Virus record (IMG/VR): IMGVR_UViG_3300033121_000493
Location: 96,001 to 160,000 of that record
Reading direction: 5' to 3' (one strand)
Origin: a virus
Taxonomy: Duplodnaviria > Caudoviricetes
Length of the DNA stretch: 64,000 nucleotides
Positions 10,882 through 21,408 of this stretch are shown here, in pieces. A program made the translations under genes and the position numbers. The notes under the pieces were generated by a model. The model was not told the origin of the DNA. It saw only the letters and a program-made list of their open reading frames with translations, and did no database searches. How positions within the stretch are numbered: the stretch's first letter is position 1; each line of letters begins with the position of its first letter.

Positions 10882-11460
10882 TTACGCTTTTTCGATTTCT
10901 GTGTTCTCATTTTGGCTTTCCGTACTTGATGTGTGCGCGCCGCAAAAACAACTGCCTGGCGTAGATCGGCATAACTCAACGGCATGAGCGTACGGGCTAG
11001 ATAGGTCTTCCGTAGCACCAGGAAACGCTCGTAATATTTTTACCAACGAATGCAGAACGTGAGTTAACCGTTCATTGGCGGCTTCTGCTGCTTTACACAA
11101 ATCATGCGCGCTAGGCTTATCCGCTCGCCTCACAACAACTTCGTATCTATCATTGTGCACGGGCGAAGAGAATGTTGTGATGGTATAGTTGTAATCACCA
11201 TTTAGGGCGCGAAAGGATTCCACTAGACTAGACATGGTTTCACGAGCCACAGATAGAGCCACCTCGGTATCGGTTAAATCGATTACTTTCGGCTCGTACA
11301 CGCGTAACCGCGCTATCTCAGCATCTTTTTGACGTATGACCTTGCACACTTCATGCTGGCAATCATCGTGATGTGTTCTGTTATTAAGGGCTGCATTTTC
11401 ATCACGTAGTCGCTTAATCTCATTCAACAAATCACTAACATCGATAGCTGGCTCTTCCAT
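10882..11460 (-). CDS. Hypothetical coiled-coil phage protein
   Basis: LLNEIKRLRDEN, KDAEIARLR. Confidence 0.6.
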   Translation of the reverse strand: MEEPAIDVSDLLNEIKRLRDENAALNNRTHHDDCQHEVCKVIRQKDAEIARLRVYEPKVIDLTDTEVALSVARETMSSLVESFRALNGDYNYTITTFSSPVHNDRYEVVVRRADKPSAHDLCKAAEAANERLTHVLHSLVKILRAFPGATEDLSSPYAHAVELCRSTPGSCFCGAHTSSTESQNENTEIEKA

Positions 11461-11463
11461 ATA

Positions 11464-11796
11464 TCACGCTTTCGCATATTCAGTTGTAAGAACATTAAAA
11501 ATAGCCTGTGCCCATACTTCTGGGTCTAGCAATAGCGCATCTTCAAAAGATAGGGTTTTATCTGTCAGAGTTTCCAGTTCACTGATAACGACATGACGCC
11601 ATATAGGCATATCAGCGCAAAGCTTATCCCACAGTTTAGAGACAGCGTCAAGACTTTCAAAGTAATTTGGTATTTCCTGGAATCCGCGCGTAGGACCATA
11701 GCAACCAATCCACACGCCAAAATCGTTACACCTTATCTGCGAATAACCGGCGAACTCAGCCAATAGTCGCATCATGTGATCTCTCGTATCACTCAA
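11464..11796 (-). CDS. Phage protein resembling the ABA-sandwich family
   Basis: LAEFAGY ... IPNYFESLDAVSKL ... WAQAIFNVL. Confidence 0.5.
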   Translation of the reverse strand: MSDTRDHMMRLLAEFAGYSQIRCNDFGVWIGCYGPTRGFQEIPNYFESLDAVSKLWDKLCADMPIWRHVVISELETLTDKTLSFEDALLLDPEVWAQAIFNVLTTEYAKA

Positions 11797-14219
11797 AGGT
11801 TTCTCCTATGATAGTTTGTACTGTAGATACCAACTAATATGTGTTCCAGCCTAACGCCGTATGCGTTCATAATCGGCATAAGATCATACAGACTTACAAC
11901 ATTCTGGCGTACGTTGTTTATACAGTTAAGCCAAATGGTACAGCGTGAATCGCGATTCTGAGCGTTTAGACCATTAAAGACTAATATAGAACTATGTATG
12001 GACGCATTGTAAACCGATATAAATCGTATTTCTCGAGAACTAATCCACTGCGACATAATGGTCCACATATCCCAACAAAGAATTAAACAACGTTGTGCGC
12101 ACATTAGATGACTTGGTCATTAATTCACGCCTGCGTTTAGAGTATTGAGACATGCCATGCTCTATGTGTAGCGCCTGGTATATAAGCATACGACGGTCAA
12201 GATACAGATTTGTTCCATAAAACGCCCACTCGATGTCAAAAATAATCTCCTTACACATCCGCATCGTAGCAGTGTTTTTTTAAAAGGCGCTATTGTTTAA
12301 CCAAGATTTATACAGTCTCAGATTAAGCAGCCTAGTTACGCGCCAGATTTGCGCAGGTCCGCGAAACTGAGTAACGGTAAAGTACCCTTTAGCCACGCGA
12401 CCAGTTAGCAATTTAAACGTTTGGCATGTTTGGGCGACATCTAACCTAGTTTTAGTATAGATAACTTTAACATTCGCCCTATCATTGTACCATTCCTTAA
12501 AGTCTACTTCATAAGATGCCCACTTATCTGTCAACTGCATTTCTGGCCGCTCTACTACAGATTCGATAAATGTGTTCTCCTGCAAGTGGCATAAACTGGT
12601 CACACACAAGAAAATTGTCGCTAAGAAGAGCGAATGCGCTGTCCCATTTAACGCCCTGGCGCATATGCGATTTAAGCCGTGTACCCATCTTACTGTAAAG
12701 ATACCAAAACGTGAGTTTAGCGCAGGCCTAGCATACGGTATTTGAATACGATACAGTGTGTGCGTTAATGTGCCATTGATAGTTAACCAATCTTTTTTGC
12801 TAGAGTAATTAATTACTGCTATAAAACTAACAGAATTACTGGCGTATGCTCTGGAAAAAGCTTGCCGCACGATGTAGCACCATTGCGCACCTACCGTTTA
12901 TGCGCCGTATACGTCTTTCTGCGAAATTACTAATGCGAGGGGTTGGAAAACATTTAGGTTTAACGTTTGGCACTCTAACATAATACAACGTGTGTGTTGA
13001 CGCCATATTAATGGCTAGCCAGTTTTTTTCTTGCAAAACATTAATCGTTAAGGCTAGCAAAATAGCCTTACTGCCGAACGAACAAGGAGTGTTGCTCAAC
13101 CAGCTTTGCCTCGCAAATGTGTGCAATTCTATTGGCTACATGTGTGGTTATTATGGCGCGTATACCAGGCCGCGAACACAGCGAATATTCTTACGCATTT
13201 GCTAATTATAGAAGCGTGAACACGCTCGCCACGAACAGCTATGCGTTGCGCTAATGTACGTCTACCTAGAAACAGAACATAGCGATGTTCTCTTAAATCT
13301 GTGCGCTGCATCGTTACATTATCAACATCACGAGCGTAGACTAATACCCACCAAACAGGCATACAAACGTTCATCGTTGGTCTCTTTTCAGCTACACCTA
13401 AAAATGCGAGCGTGGTAAGTAACCAGACGCGACATTCCAACATAAACCTGGCTATGTTTACGCCATGCGCGCAGTATTGCGTGTTGATAGTCTGCCTCGT
13501 GCTCAATCAGAGTAAATGCATACCCACAAAAGCCCGCAAAGAAATACGGTATGGTTACTAATATACGCCCCTGCCATTTACGAAAATCAAAGTTAATTTC
13601 TACTGAACGTTGTATGCTACCTCGGCTGCCCATCTAAACCATCGCCTTTCGGGTATTACCCGCCTCTCCTTGGCACATACGTAGTACCAAATCTGCATGT
13701 AACTGCATTAATGCCATGCCATCAAACACAAAAGCTGGATGACGCTCGAAAAAAGAATCAAAAGCGGTGAACATACATACGTGAAAACCACCAGGCGTTA
13801 ATTCAAGCTGTTTTAAGTTGTAACCATTATCACACAGCACAGACCAGAATGAAACTTCTAGGGATGGTGTTAGCATGCGCCTGGCGTACTCATTGTGTGA
13901 CAAATATTAGTCAACGCGACACGACAGTGCTTTTATACGGGATCAAAGAACTCTACCTGAGCAAATTTCAATTATAAGCTTAGCTACAGGCCGCATAGCT
14001 ACACATACAGTGTGGTGTAAACCCGACACCTTTCGTGTAACAGCTAACCAATTAACTGAGCCAAAGGCTAAACAAACGTAGCATAGCAGCGCTGAAGACT
14101 TATTAAAGTACAAAGGTTGTATTAGACCTGACGCAATACAATGATGTAAAAAGCAAACCGATAGCGAACGGCGTCTCGCCGCGCGTTTAGGCATATAGAC
14201 CTACTAAGCGGCTAATAGC

Positions 14220-15347
14220 TCACGCCATAGTCGCCGATGGTGAATTGTACTGCGGCTGACCCCAGCCGATTCCTGTTAGCGTAGACAATATCGGATGGCG
14301 CTGGGCAAATTGCTGCTCCATAGCTGGCATAAGCCTTTCTCGTATGGCTTTCATTGCAGCCGGGTTTTTAAGGAAGTTGTCAATTTGGTTTTGCATAAAT
14401 GTAGGCGATGACATCGCGTTTCCGGCTCGCGCTGCGATCCAGTTACGCCCAATATCAGTATTAGTAGCCAGCCAGCTAGACAGTGCGCCGCCTAAAGCAG
14501 CAGAACCTGTCCACTTAGCTGCACCTCCAATATAAGGCAGAACACGTTTACCAAGAGCGCCCCAGTTAACTCCAGCATCTTTAACTTGGTACGCTTTAAT
14601 TGGAGAAGGTGACGCATATTCGCTACGTTGCTTTTGCTCTTTATACTTTTTGATATCTTCTTTTTCAGCTGTGTTACCGGCCATATTCCAGCCTGCATAA
14701 CCACCTAAAGCCGCTGACAATGTAGCCAGCGTGGCTAGCACGCCTGGAATCGTGTGCGTGAACGGGGTAGTCCAATTACCTAGTGGACTGGCGTCGGCTT
14801 GCTTTGCTTGCGCTATGGTATCTAATGATGGCTGTACTTCGCCGCGAATGTATTCGTCGGCTAGGTCATCAAGCATTGCAGCAAACTTGGTACCACGTTC
14901 AGACTTCAGGGCCGCGTCAAAAGACTTTTCAGCTGTATCCAGATCTTCATCATCTATCTTGCGCTTATGCGCTTTTACCAGTGCACCAGTTCCATACCAG
15001 CCACCTAGAGCAGGTAATAGTGCCGCAGCCAACATTGCCGGGTAGTACTTAGCCGGTAATGGATAGCTAGCTGTCGTATTCGTAGTGGATGGCACTGCGG
15101 GCGCGGACGCAGGGGCTTGTGCGGCTTTCACGCCTGTATTAAAAATGAACTCGCTAGGAGATACTTGTTCTGCTTTACGCTTAGCGTTGGTACGCTGCTG
15201 ATTGAATTTAATTACTTCCGGTATAGCCAGTACAGATCTAAGCCCAGCGCCAAGCAACAAAGAGTTTAGCGCAGTGTACTTCATGTCTTTACGGGCCAGA
15301 CTATCAAGAAACTCTTGTGCTTTATCTGGAGTTAGATTGCCGTCCAT
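14220..15347 (-). CDS. Putative virion-internal protein, Gly/Ala-rich hydrophobic segments separated by K-x-A sites
   Basis: Glycine-zipper-like segments; VKAA, TKFA, AKQA, VKDA; lies near the putative portal. Confidence 0.5.
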   Translation of the reverse strand: MDGNLTPDKAQEFLDSLARKDMKYTALNSLLLGAGLRSVLAIPEVIKFNQQRTNAKRKAEQVSPSEFIFNTGVKAAQAPASAPAVPSTTNTTASYPLPAKYYPAMLAAALLPALGGWYGTGALVKAHKRKIDDEDLDTAEKSFDAALKSERGTKFAAMLDDLADEYIRGEVQPSLDTIAQAKQADASPLGNWTTPFTHTIPGVLATLATLSAALGGYAGWNMAGNTAEKEDIKKYKEQKQRSEYASPSPIKAYQVKDAGVNWGALGKRVLPYIGGAAKWTGSAALGGALSSWLATNTDIGRNWIAARAGNAMSSPTFMQNQIDNFLKNPAAMKAIRERLMPAMEQQFAQRHPILSTLTGIGWGQPQYNSPSATMA

Positions 15348-15349
15348 AG

Positions 15350-15742
15350 TTATTTTCTCGCATAAGTAGGTGGTACTTCAACCTGCGCTGCGTCATATTT
15401 TACAAAGTCTATCCACTCTATGTAAACCTTCCAGTTACCATTATGACATTTTCTGTCTATAAACACAATAGCTGACTTACCACTAGTGGCATTCGTGTAT
15501 AGAGTAGAAACTAACTTTGTGTACTCATCAAGGTCTTTTTGGACAGCCAGATTAAACACAGCGGCGTGAAACACGCCACCTTTTTTTACGTTAGATTTTT
15601 CACCATTTCTATATAGCGGAGGACGCGCGCCTATAAATGGAGCGTCATTATCTCTGTTGAATACTTTTAGACCATTTTGATCTGGATGGTCCTGTCCAGA
15701 CATTATACGAATGATCTCATCATAACTGATCTGTCTGCTCAT
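15350..15742 (-). CDS. Hypothetical protein
   Basis: 130-aa ORF within the putative structural block. Confidence 0.7.
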   Translation of the reverse strand: MSRQISYDEIIRIMSGQDHPDQNGLKVFNRDNDAPFIGARPPLYRNGEKSNVKKGGVFHAAVFNLAVQKDLDEYTKLVSTLYTNATSGKSAIVFIDRKCHNGNWKVYIEWIDFVKYDAAQVEVPPTYARK

Positions 15743-17315
15743 CTGTTATACCGCTTCTTCTACGGATGTCAGCCGTCATTTGTCTATAGTAATCAGCTAA
15801 ATCTCGTTTACGTAAATCGTCAACATTATCAGACGTTACGGATAAGCCTTTTCTAGTTAAGCTGCCTAATCCAGCCCCAGCTATAAATGGGATTCCTAGT
15901 AGCGTAGCTATAGCCGTTGGACCTAATTTTGACAAACCCAACCCGCTGGCAATAGCGGCTGTAGTCATTTCACCAGATGTTGGTAAGGCTGCTGTGCCAG
16001 CTAGATTAGTAGCAGCAGCTGGTAGCGCTACAGCAGGATTAGCTTGCTTAGTAATCAGTTCATCTAAACTATCTGGCGTGTACCCTAGCTCTGCCATCTT
16101 AGTCAAAAATCCAACTTTAAATGCTTGCTTGCTATCCACGTTAGCGCCTTTCATAAATCCTTTTAAAGCTGAATATATTGTAGCTGCGCCTAGGGCTGTG
16201 TTCTTGAACCAACTAGGCGCGCCTAGCGCGCTAGACACAGCGTAAGCTGCACCGACGGTAGGAATAGCGTTACCTATTACATCAGGCAACGCAGATAGTA
16301 ACGAGCCCGGACTCGCGCCACCAGTAAGGCCGACACCTTGTTCATGCCCGGCCTGGGCTATCAGCTGCTTCATCTTAACCCGTTCCATCAGATTAGGATA
16401 CGGATTACGCTCAATCTCATCCATCGCAGTTGACACAGAAAAGCTAGGTCGCCAAAGCTGGTCGTTATAGCCATCTGCTTTCTTTGTCAACACATCAGGT
16501 AAATGTACCGGCGTGGCTGCAGGTAATTGAAACTCTGGCTGCGGCAGAGAATGCAACATCTGTGAGCGCCAATCAGAAAAGTTACGTACAGCTGGCGTAT
16601 TAAAGTAACCGCCATATAGCTTTTTGTGAACAGACGATTGCAGTAACCCTGGCAAACTTCCCAGCAGAATGCCAGCTAACGTCATAGTGGTACGCGATCT
16701 GGATGGGTCAAAGCCAAGACGCTCTAGAATAGGGCTACCTATAAATCTACCGCCCAGTCCGCCTAGCGCGCTACCGACACCCAATGTAACACCAGGCTGC
16801 TGAAACATACTATTAGCTTTCTTTTCAGCTAGTTCTATTGGGGTCTTGCTGCCGTCAGTAGAGCAGAAGGACAAATCAGTACACGAAAACTTAACGCCAG
16901 ATAACTTATCGTTACCAGCGTATGCTTGTCCTCTATCTTTTTTTACGTAAGCAAGTGTCACGTGAGGTACAAACCTTTTGCGCGTATCCACAACGTCTGT
17001 TTTATCCCGTACAGCATCTCGCAATCTTGAAAGACCGTCGCCGGTTACTGATACAAAAACCACATCGCCATCGTCATTAGAAAAGTAGTCAGTACTACCT
17101 AACTCCACATCACAACCGTACTGGTCTTGTAACGCAGCCTGTACACTGGCTACGTCATTATCCTTTATGCCGTACTGTACAGTTACATGGGGTTGTTTCT
17201 CAAATTCAACCACATCATCCTTATTGATAATCTGTAAAGCTAAATTGACAACGCGTTCAGCTATATCGCTGGGTAGGTCTAACTGAACAGAGCAGTACTT
17301 ATACGTATCAGACAT
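15720..17315 (-). CDS. Fusion of an N-terminal 2H phosphoesterase (Acb1/T4 gp57B-like) with a Gly-zipper-rich putative virion protein
   Basis: PHVTVQYG and PHVTLAY (two HxT motifs) within aa 1-165, followed by Gly/Ala-rich modules bounded by KKA, KKA, KGA and KQA. Confidence 0.8.
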   Translation of the reverse strand: MSDTYKYCSVQLDLPSDIAERVVNLALQIINKDDVVEFEKQPHVTVQYGIKDNDVASVQAALQDQYGCDVELGSTDYFSNDDGDVVFVSVTGDGLSRLRDAVRDKTDVVDTRKRFVPHVTLAYVKKDRGQAYAGNDKLSGVKFSCTDLSFCSTDGSKTPIELAEKKANSMFQQPGVTLGVGSALGGLGGRFIGSPILERLGFDPSRSRTTMTLAGILLGSLPGLLQSSVHKKLYGGYFNTPAVRNFSDWRSQMLHSLPQPEFQLPAATPVHLPDVLTKKADGYNDQLWRPSFSVSTAMDEIERNPYPNLMERVKMKQLIAQAGHEQGVGLTGGASPGSLLSALPDVIGNAIPTVGAAYAVSSALGAPSWFKNTALGAATIYSALKGFMKGANVDSKQAFKVGFLTKMAELGYTPDSLDELITKQANPAVALPAAATNLAGTAALPTSGEMTTAAIASGLGLSKLGPTAIATLLGIPFIAGAGLGSLTRKGLSVTSDNVDDLRKRDLADYYRQMTADIRRRSGITDEQTDQL

Positions 17316-17323
17316 AGTTACGC

Positions 17324-17830
17324 CTAGGCAAAAGGATTATGGCTAAACGTAGACGAATCAGTTAAGCGTGGCATTAACGACGCTCTTAGATAGGGATTTG
17401 TTAATGCTGTCTCTGGGCTAGCGCCAGGAGTACGCAAATATCTAGCCATATTAGGCGAGTATTGAGCTACAGTACCAGCTGCTTCTGCCATAGTTGGTGC
17501 TTTAGGAGCAAAGTGATCCAGAGCCGCAATGGCTGCACCTGTGCCTAGCGTAAACTTAGGAAAGCGATAAGCCCAATAAGCAGAACTTACTGGATCAAGG
17601 CCAAACCCAAAATTCGACAGCATCGCTGCGTTATCTGTAAATCTAGTTGAAGGCATAAATTTCGGTAGAAGCGTTTCTGTTTTATCGCCAAAGCTAAACA
17701 GCCGCTTAGCAAAATTGCCAACGTACGGCGATACTTTATTCCATAGAGGCTTAGCCGCTTGGCCAATGGCACCAATGCCTTCGCTTACAACATTAGCACG
17801 TTTAGCTATTAGCTCATTTAAAGTGTTCAT
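17324..17830 (-). CDS. Putative virion-internal protein
   Basis: N-terminal MNTLNELIAKRA leader. Confidence 0.5.
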   Translation of the reverse strand: MNTLNELIAKRANVVSEGIGAIGQAAKPLWNKVSPYVGNFAKRLFSFGDKTETLLPKFMPSTRFTDNAAMLSNFGFGLDPVSSAYWAYRFPKFTLGTGAAIAALDHFAPKAPTMAEAAGTVAQYSPNMARYLRTPGASPETALTNPYLRASLMPRLTDSSTFSHNPFA

Positions 17831-18126
17831 TTACTGCCTCTAAGCTTAGTGATAAGCTCATTTAGTCTGCTGTGCCGCTGGCTAGCAAGCTTTTCCAACC
17901 GGCTTATTATAGCCGGTGCTAACAAAGAAATCATAGCAAAAGCCGCCTCTTTCTTCACGTGCTGCGGCAAATCTGTGTGCTTAGTTGTGGCAAAATCTTT
18001 TGCATCCTGCTTAGACATAGACGATGCGGCTCGCTGCACTTCCGGCGAAGGATCTTTAAGCTTACCTTTTTGGGCCGCGCGTACCATACCCATAAAGCGT
18101 TGTTGAGCTACTGATTTAGCTGGCAT
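17827..18126 (-). CDS. DUF3008-like protein
   Basis: MPAKSVAQQRFMG ... SMSKQDAKDFATTKHTDLP matches the DUF3008 pattern MPAKSxAQQ ... SMSxxxxxxFAxTKxxxLP. Confidence 0.8.
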   Translation of the reverse strand: MPAKSVAQQRFMGMVRAAQKGKLKDPSPEVQRAASSMSKQDAKDFATTKHTDLPQHVKKEAAFAMISLLAPAIISRLEKLASQRHSRLNELITKLRGSK

Positions 18127-18136
18127 ATATAGATCC

Positions 18137-18694
18137 TTAGAAAGTAGTTCTGCTATTATTATGGTCTAGAAACGAATTTTGTAGATGAGCCTTAGTACCG
18201 TAATAAATCGTTTCTGGTATGGCCTTTAGTGTGTCCCAGCCGAGGCTTAGTACACTGGGACCACCAATCGTATTATTTTTTAACTGCTCCAATCCGATAC
18301 CGGCACCTAACTGAGCTCCAATGCCGCCAGGGACGGCAAAGCCAGCAGTATCTAAAAGCGATTGCGTAAACCGCTTATACCACGGCTGACTAGAGTACTG
18401 ATCCAAGCTATCAAACTTGCGCATATTCAATTTTGATTGATTAGCAGCCTGAGTTTTGTTAATAAGGTTTTGAGAACCATAACTCAACTGTGATCCTAGT
18501 GACCCAACGCCAAACCCATCTGTACCAAAAAAAGCTACTTTAGGTATTGGTGGCGCTGCCGGTTTACGTCGGCCAAGTGCCCACGGAGTTATTTTGTTGT
18601 TCAACAAGACTTTAGCGATCTGCCCCACATCTGGCTTATCAGAGTGCAGAACAGACGTATCAGCCGCTTGTTTGATAAGGGTTAATAGTGTCAT
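18137..18694 (-). CDS. Putative virion-internal protein
   Basis: MTLLTLIKQA leader; Gly-zipper GGIGAQLGAGIG. Confidence 0.5.
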   Translation of the reverse strand: MTLLTLIKQAADTSVLHSDKPDVGQIAKVLLNNKITPWALGRRKPAAPPIPKVAFFGTDGFGVGSLGSQLSYGSQNLINKTQAANQSKLNMRKFDSLDQYSSQPWYKRFTQSLLDTAGFAVPGGIGAQLGAGIGLEQLKNNTIGGPSVLSLGWDTLKAIPETIYYGTKAHLQNSFLDHNNSRTTF

Positions 18695-18732
18695 AGCCTG
18701 TAGTATAAATCTTCTGGCGTAGTTATCAAAAT

Positions 18733-19405
18733 CTAGAATCTCAACACTGTCATCATGCGGTCGTATAAACGCCGATAGTATAGAGATAAACTTCTGCGAT
18801 AACTGTACAGCTGGTCCGAAAAAGTAAATAGTGACATAAGCGACAACGAACGGGCAAAGTATATTTCTTTCGATTCATGTATACGGTTACTGTTGGTGTT
18901 GTAGTCAATACTTATGCGTATGTAGTTATCCGAATAGCGCTTATCGATTGTCATCGGCTAAAGAATTGCCTTTTTATCATGTAAACTACATGTTCTAAGC
19001 GATAATGAGCTCGTCGTGTAATTTGGCTAAATTGGATTGACTTAATGCGCATAAATCTTTGCGGGTAAAACCTTACACTTTGAGACCTACGATCTGTACG
19101 ACGAGCTACGCGTTTATTTCGTTGATCAAAATTTATAGTTACGCTAATGCCATATCTACCGTTTACGAGTTTAATCATAATTAGAAGTCGCCACGATACC
19201 TGTAGAATAGGCGCTGCAAAATACGCACCATAGACCAATGAACGCGAATAGGCATACCTCCACGCGCGCCAATAAACTGTATACGTTTCCGAGATCGACG
19301 CATCTGTGGATAAAATTGTACTTCTTTAGATTTACGAGGCTTAGGTAGGCTATTACAATTCACAGTCGTATAAATATTGTAAGCGGAGCACGTTGTTTTA
19401 AGCAT
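18733..19405 (-). other. Three short paralogous-looking ORFs (18733..18954, 18951..19238, 19181..19405)
   Basis: RRSQSVRFYPQ..RIKSIQF vs RKSKEVQFYPQ..RKRIQF vs ESKEIYF. Confidence 0.5.
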
Positions 19406-19596
19406 TTTTAACCAAAAAGATAAGAGTTGAGTTAAACGCAGTTTTTTGCAGCGTCACTAGTTGCCAAACAAGCGGTGCTGTATATCGAGTAATAATAAGA
19501 CGTGTGGCTACAAACATATTAAAATCAGTGTTACTGTTTGTAGTGATTACATCTTTAGATCTAGACTCAGTATGTTCAGTCGTGATAGACTTCGTG

Positions 19597-21408
19597 TTAC
19601 TGGCCTCCGGCCATTTGCTGCAGCACTTGCTCTTGTCCAATGCTGCGCGCTTGTGTTCTGAGATTTGACAATTTTTGTTTAACCACGGCGTGCAGCGTCT
19701 CGTCTTGTTGCTTAATAGCAGACAGCTGACGTCTACGCTCACCTTCAGGAATTACTGATAACTGCTGGGCGATCTGATCAGCTTGGCCCAACACATCAGC
19801 TGGTGTTACTCCACCGCCCTGAGCACTACCTGGAGCCCCCATACCACCACCAGCCCCACCACCTGGGGCCACTGGAGCACCGCCTGGTGGCATCATACCG
19901 CCCTGCATAACTTGATTAGTTTCTGCTAGACGTTTATCCATTTCCTGCTGCTGCTGTTGCTCGCGCTGCATCTTAGTTGTTTCATCGCGGAGCATGCGCT
20001 GCTCGTCAAACATACGACGAATCTCTTCGCGAACATCGATACCAAACGGACTCAATGCTGTGGTATCAGATATCTTTTGCGCTGCAGCAAGCTGTAATCT
20101 AACAACGCGCGCTTCCATATCGTCTGCGCGTGAAATAGGTGTCAGCCGAGCTCTAGCTGGCTCCCAGTTGAGTGACGCTGCAAGAATACCCATAAGCCAA
20201 TTTAAAAATTTGTTAAGCGCAGCAATTAAATGCGGCCACGTAGATTCAAATAATCTTAGCGCAGCTGGAAGAGCTTGTAGTTGCAGCGATCCCTTATATA
20301 GATCCGCTGGAACACCGCACGAATTTAGCAACTCATCTAGCCCTAACGTTAGCAAATCACTGGGAGCGAGCTCTCTACCTTCACCGCTTAGGGCTTGATA
20401 CTCTATTGGAAACGGCAAAACGTGAACGCTGAGCGGGTCAATACGGTGTTCACGAATCATAGTTTCAACAAAATTACCAAAGTCGCCTAAGTTGGCCTGT
20501 AGCAACGGATCAATCTTATCAGCGCCACGTGGACCACCTGGCGTTATAACGCGCCAAGGCACAATATAGTCTAATGCCAAAGCTTCATTATACCTCTTAA
20601 GTACTTGTACATAAAAGGCTTGTCTAAAGTTAGACATAGCTCGTGGAATACCCCAGCCTCTATTTTCAAACCCAGCTAAAGTATCCTCACGCATGTGATG
20701 TATCATGTCATCAAAAAACGCGAACAAAGTGTTATCATACGCGGCTCTTATGAGCTCATCTGGCATATTCTGAATGTAGAAAGGCGTACCTAATTGTACG
20801 TGTCTACGCATATCCCCAGTAGGACGCAGCAGGTATTCTGCTGTATGGGAAATAGGGTGAAACATTAACTGAATGTTGTGCGGGTTCCACCGAACAATCT
20901 TAAACTTGTCGTGCTCCATAGTAGAACGGTCGATTGATTCGAGCTCGCCGGTGGCTTTGCACTTTTGACATTTACCGTAGTATTTCAACTGCTTAAAAGT
21001 ATAGATTACTTTATCAATAGGCTGCTCGAACCTACACGACTTACAGCTTAGATACCGACGAAACGGTATGTATGGGCTACTAAACGAGTTACCATAAAAC
21101 AAAAAGTCAAGAGCGACTGAACGCAACAATGACGTAATGTCTAGACTATCGTTCAAAAACTCTTTGTACTTTTTCTTTACACCGTCAGGCACATCCAATA
21201 TTTCAACTTCTGTTAGAAAGTATGAGCATACTCGCTCCATAGCCATACGATAAGTGCCGTTGCCAGACCACAGCATTTCGCACATGGTCAGCATAGAACT
21301 TATGTTGTTGGGAGCGTATAGCGAGCCCTGGTCAAAGAACGGGTTACCAAACCACTGCGTAGGCTGCGACCCGCCAATGCCTAGAGACGAATTTGGAGAT
21401 TCTGACAT
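19597..21408 (-). CDS. Putative portal protein with a zinc-ribbon insert and Q/G-rich C-terminus
   Basis: 603 aa; LDFLFYGNSF, IVRWNPHNI, IHHMR, RGWGIP, YQALSGEG..LAP, LLNSCGVPADL resemble portal-fold features. Assigned from pattern and context. Confidence 0.6.
   Translation of the reverse strand: MSESPNSSLGIGGSQPTQWFGNPFFDQGSLYAPNNISSMLTMCEMLWSGNGTYRMAMERVCSYFLTEVEILDVPDGVKKKYKEFLNDSLDITSLLRSVALDFLFYGNSFSSPYIPFRRYLSCKSCRFEQPIDKVIYTFKQLKYYGKCQKCKATGELESIDRSTMEHDKFKIVRWNPHNIQLMFHPISHTAEYLLRPTGDMRRHVQLGTPFYIQNMPDELIRAAYDNTLFAFFDDMIHHMREDTLAGFENRGWGIPRAMSNFRQAFYVQVLKRYNEALALDYIVPWRVITPGGPRGADKIDPLLQANLGDFGNFVETMIREHRIDPLSVHVLPFPIEYQALSGEGRELAPSDLLTLGLDELLNSCGVPADLYKGSLQLQALPAALRLFESTWPHLIAALNKFLNWLMGILAASLNWEPARARLTPISRADDMEARVVRLQLAAAQKISDTTALSPFGIDVREEIRRMFDEQRMLRDETTKMQREQQQQQEMDKRLAETNQVMQGGMMPPGGAPVAPGGGAGGGMGAPGSAQGGGVTPADVLGQADQIAQQLSVIPEGERRRQLSAIKQQDETLHAVVKQKLSNLRTQARSIGQEQVLQQMAGGQ

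Larger units (their letters stand above)
10089..14194 (-). other. Run of short hypothetical ORFs (10089..10361, 10358..10576, 10710..11018, 11793..12104, 12040..12264, 12280..12870, 12836..13126, 13129..13506, 13388..13633, 13634..13903, 13943..14194)
   Basis: Tightly packed and rich in R/Y/I/V. 12836..13126 and the N-terminus of 12280..12870 are paralogous (KNWLAINMASTHTLY vs KDWLTINGTLTHTLY). Confidence 0.5.

Noticed and set aside
5299-14194. Stop-codon reassignment as an explanation for the many short ORFs
   Set aside because: Conserved genes (nrdJ, thyX, tmk, GTs) are intact in the standard code and end at expected positions, including at TAG and TGA; no suppressor tRNA is present.
19398-19742. 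114-aa ORF overlapping the portal 3' end
   Set aside because: Large out-of-frame overlap and no motif; at most its 3' part is a short gene.
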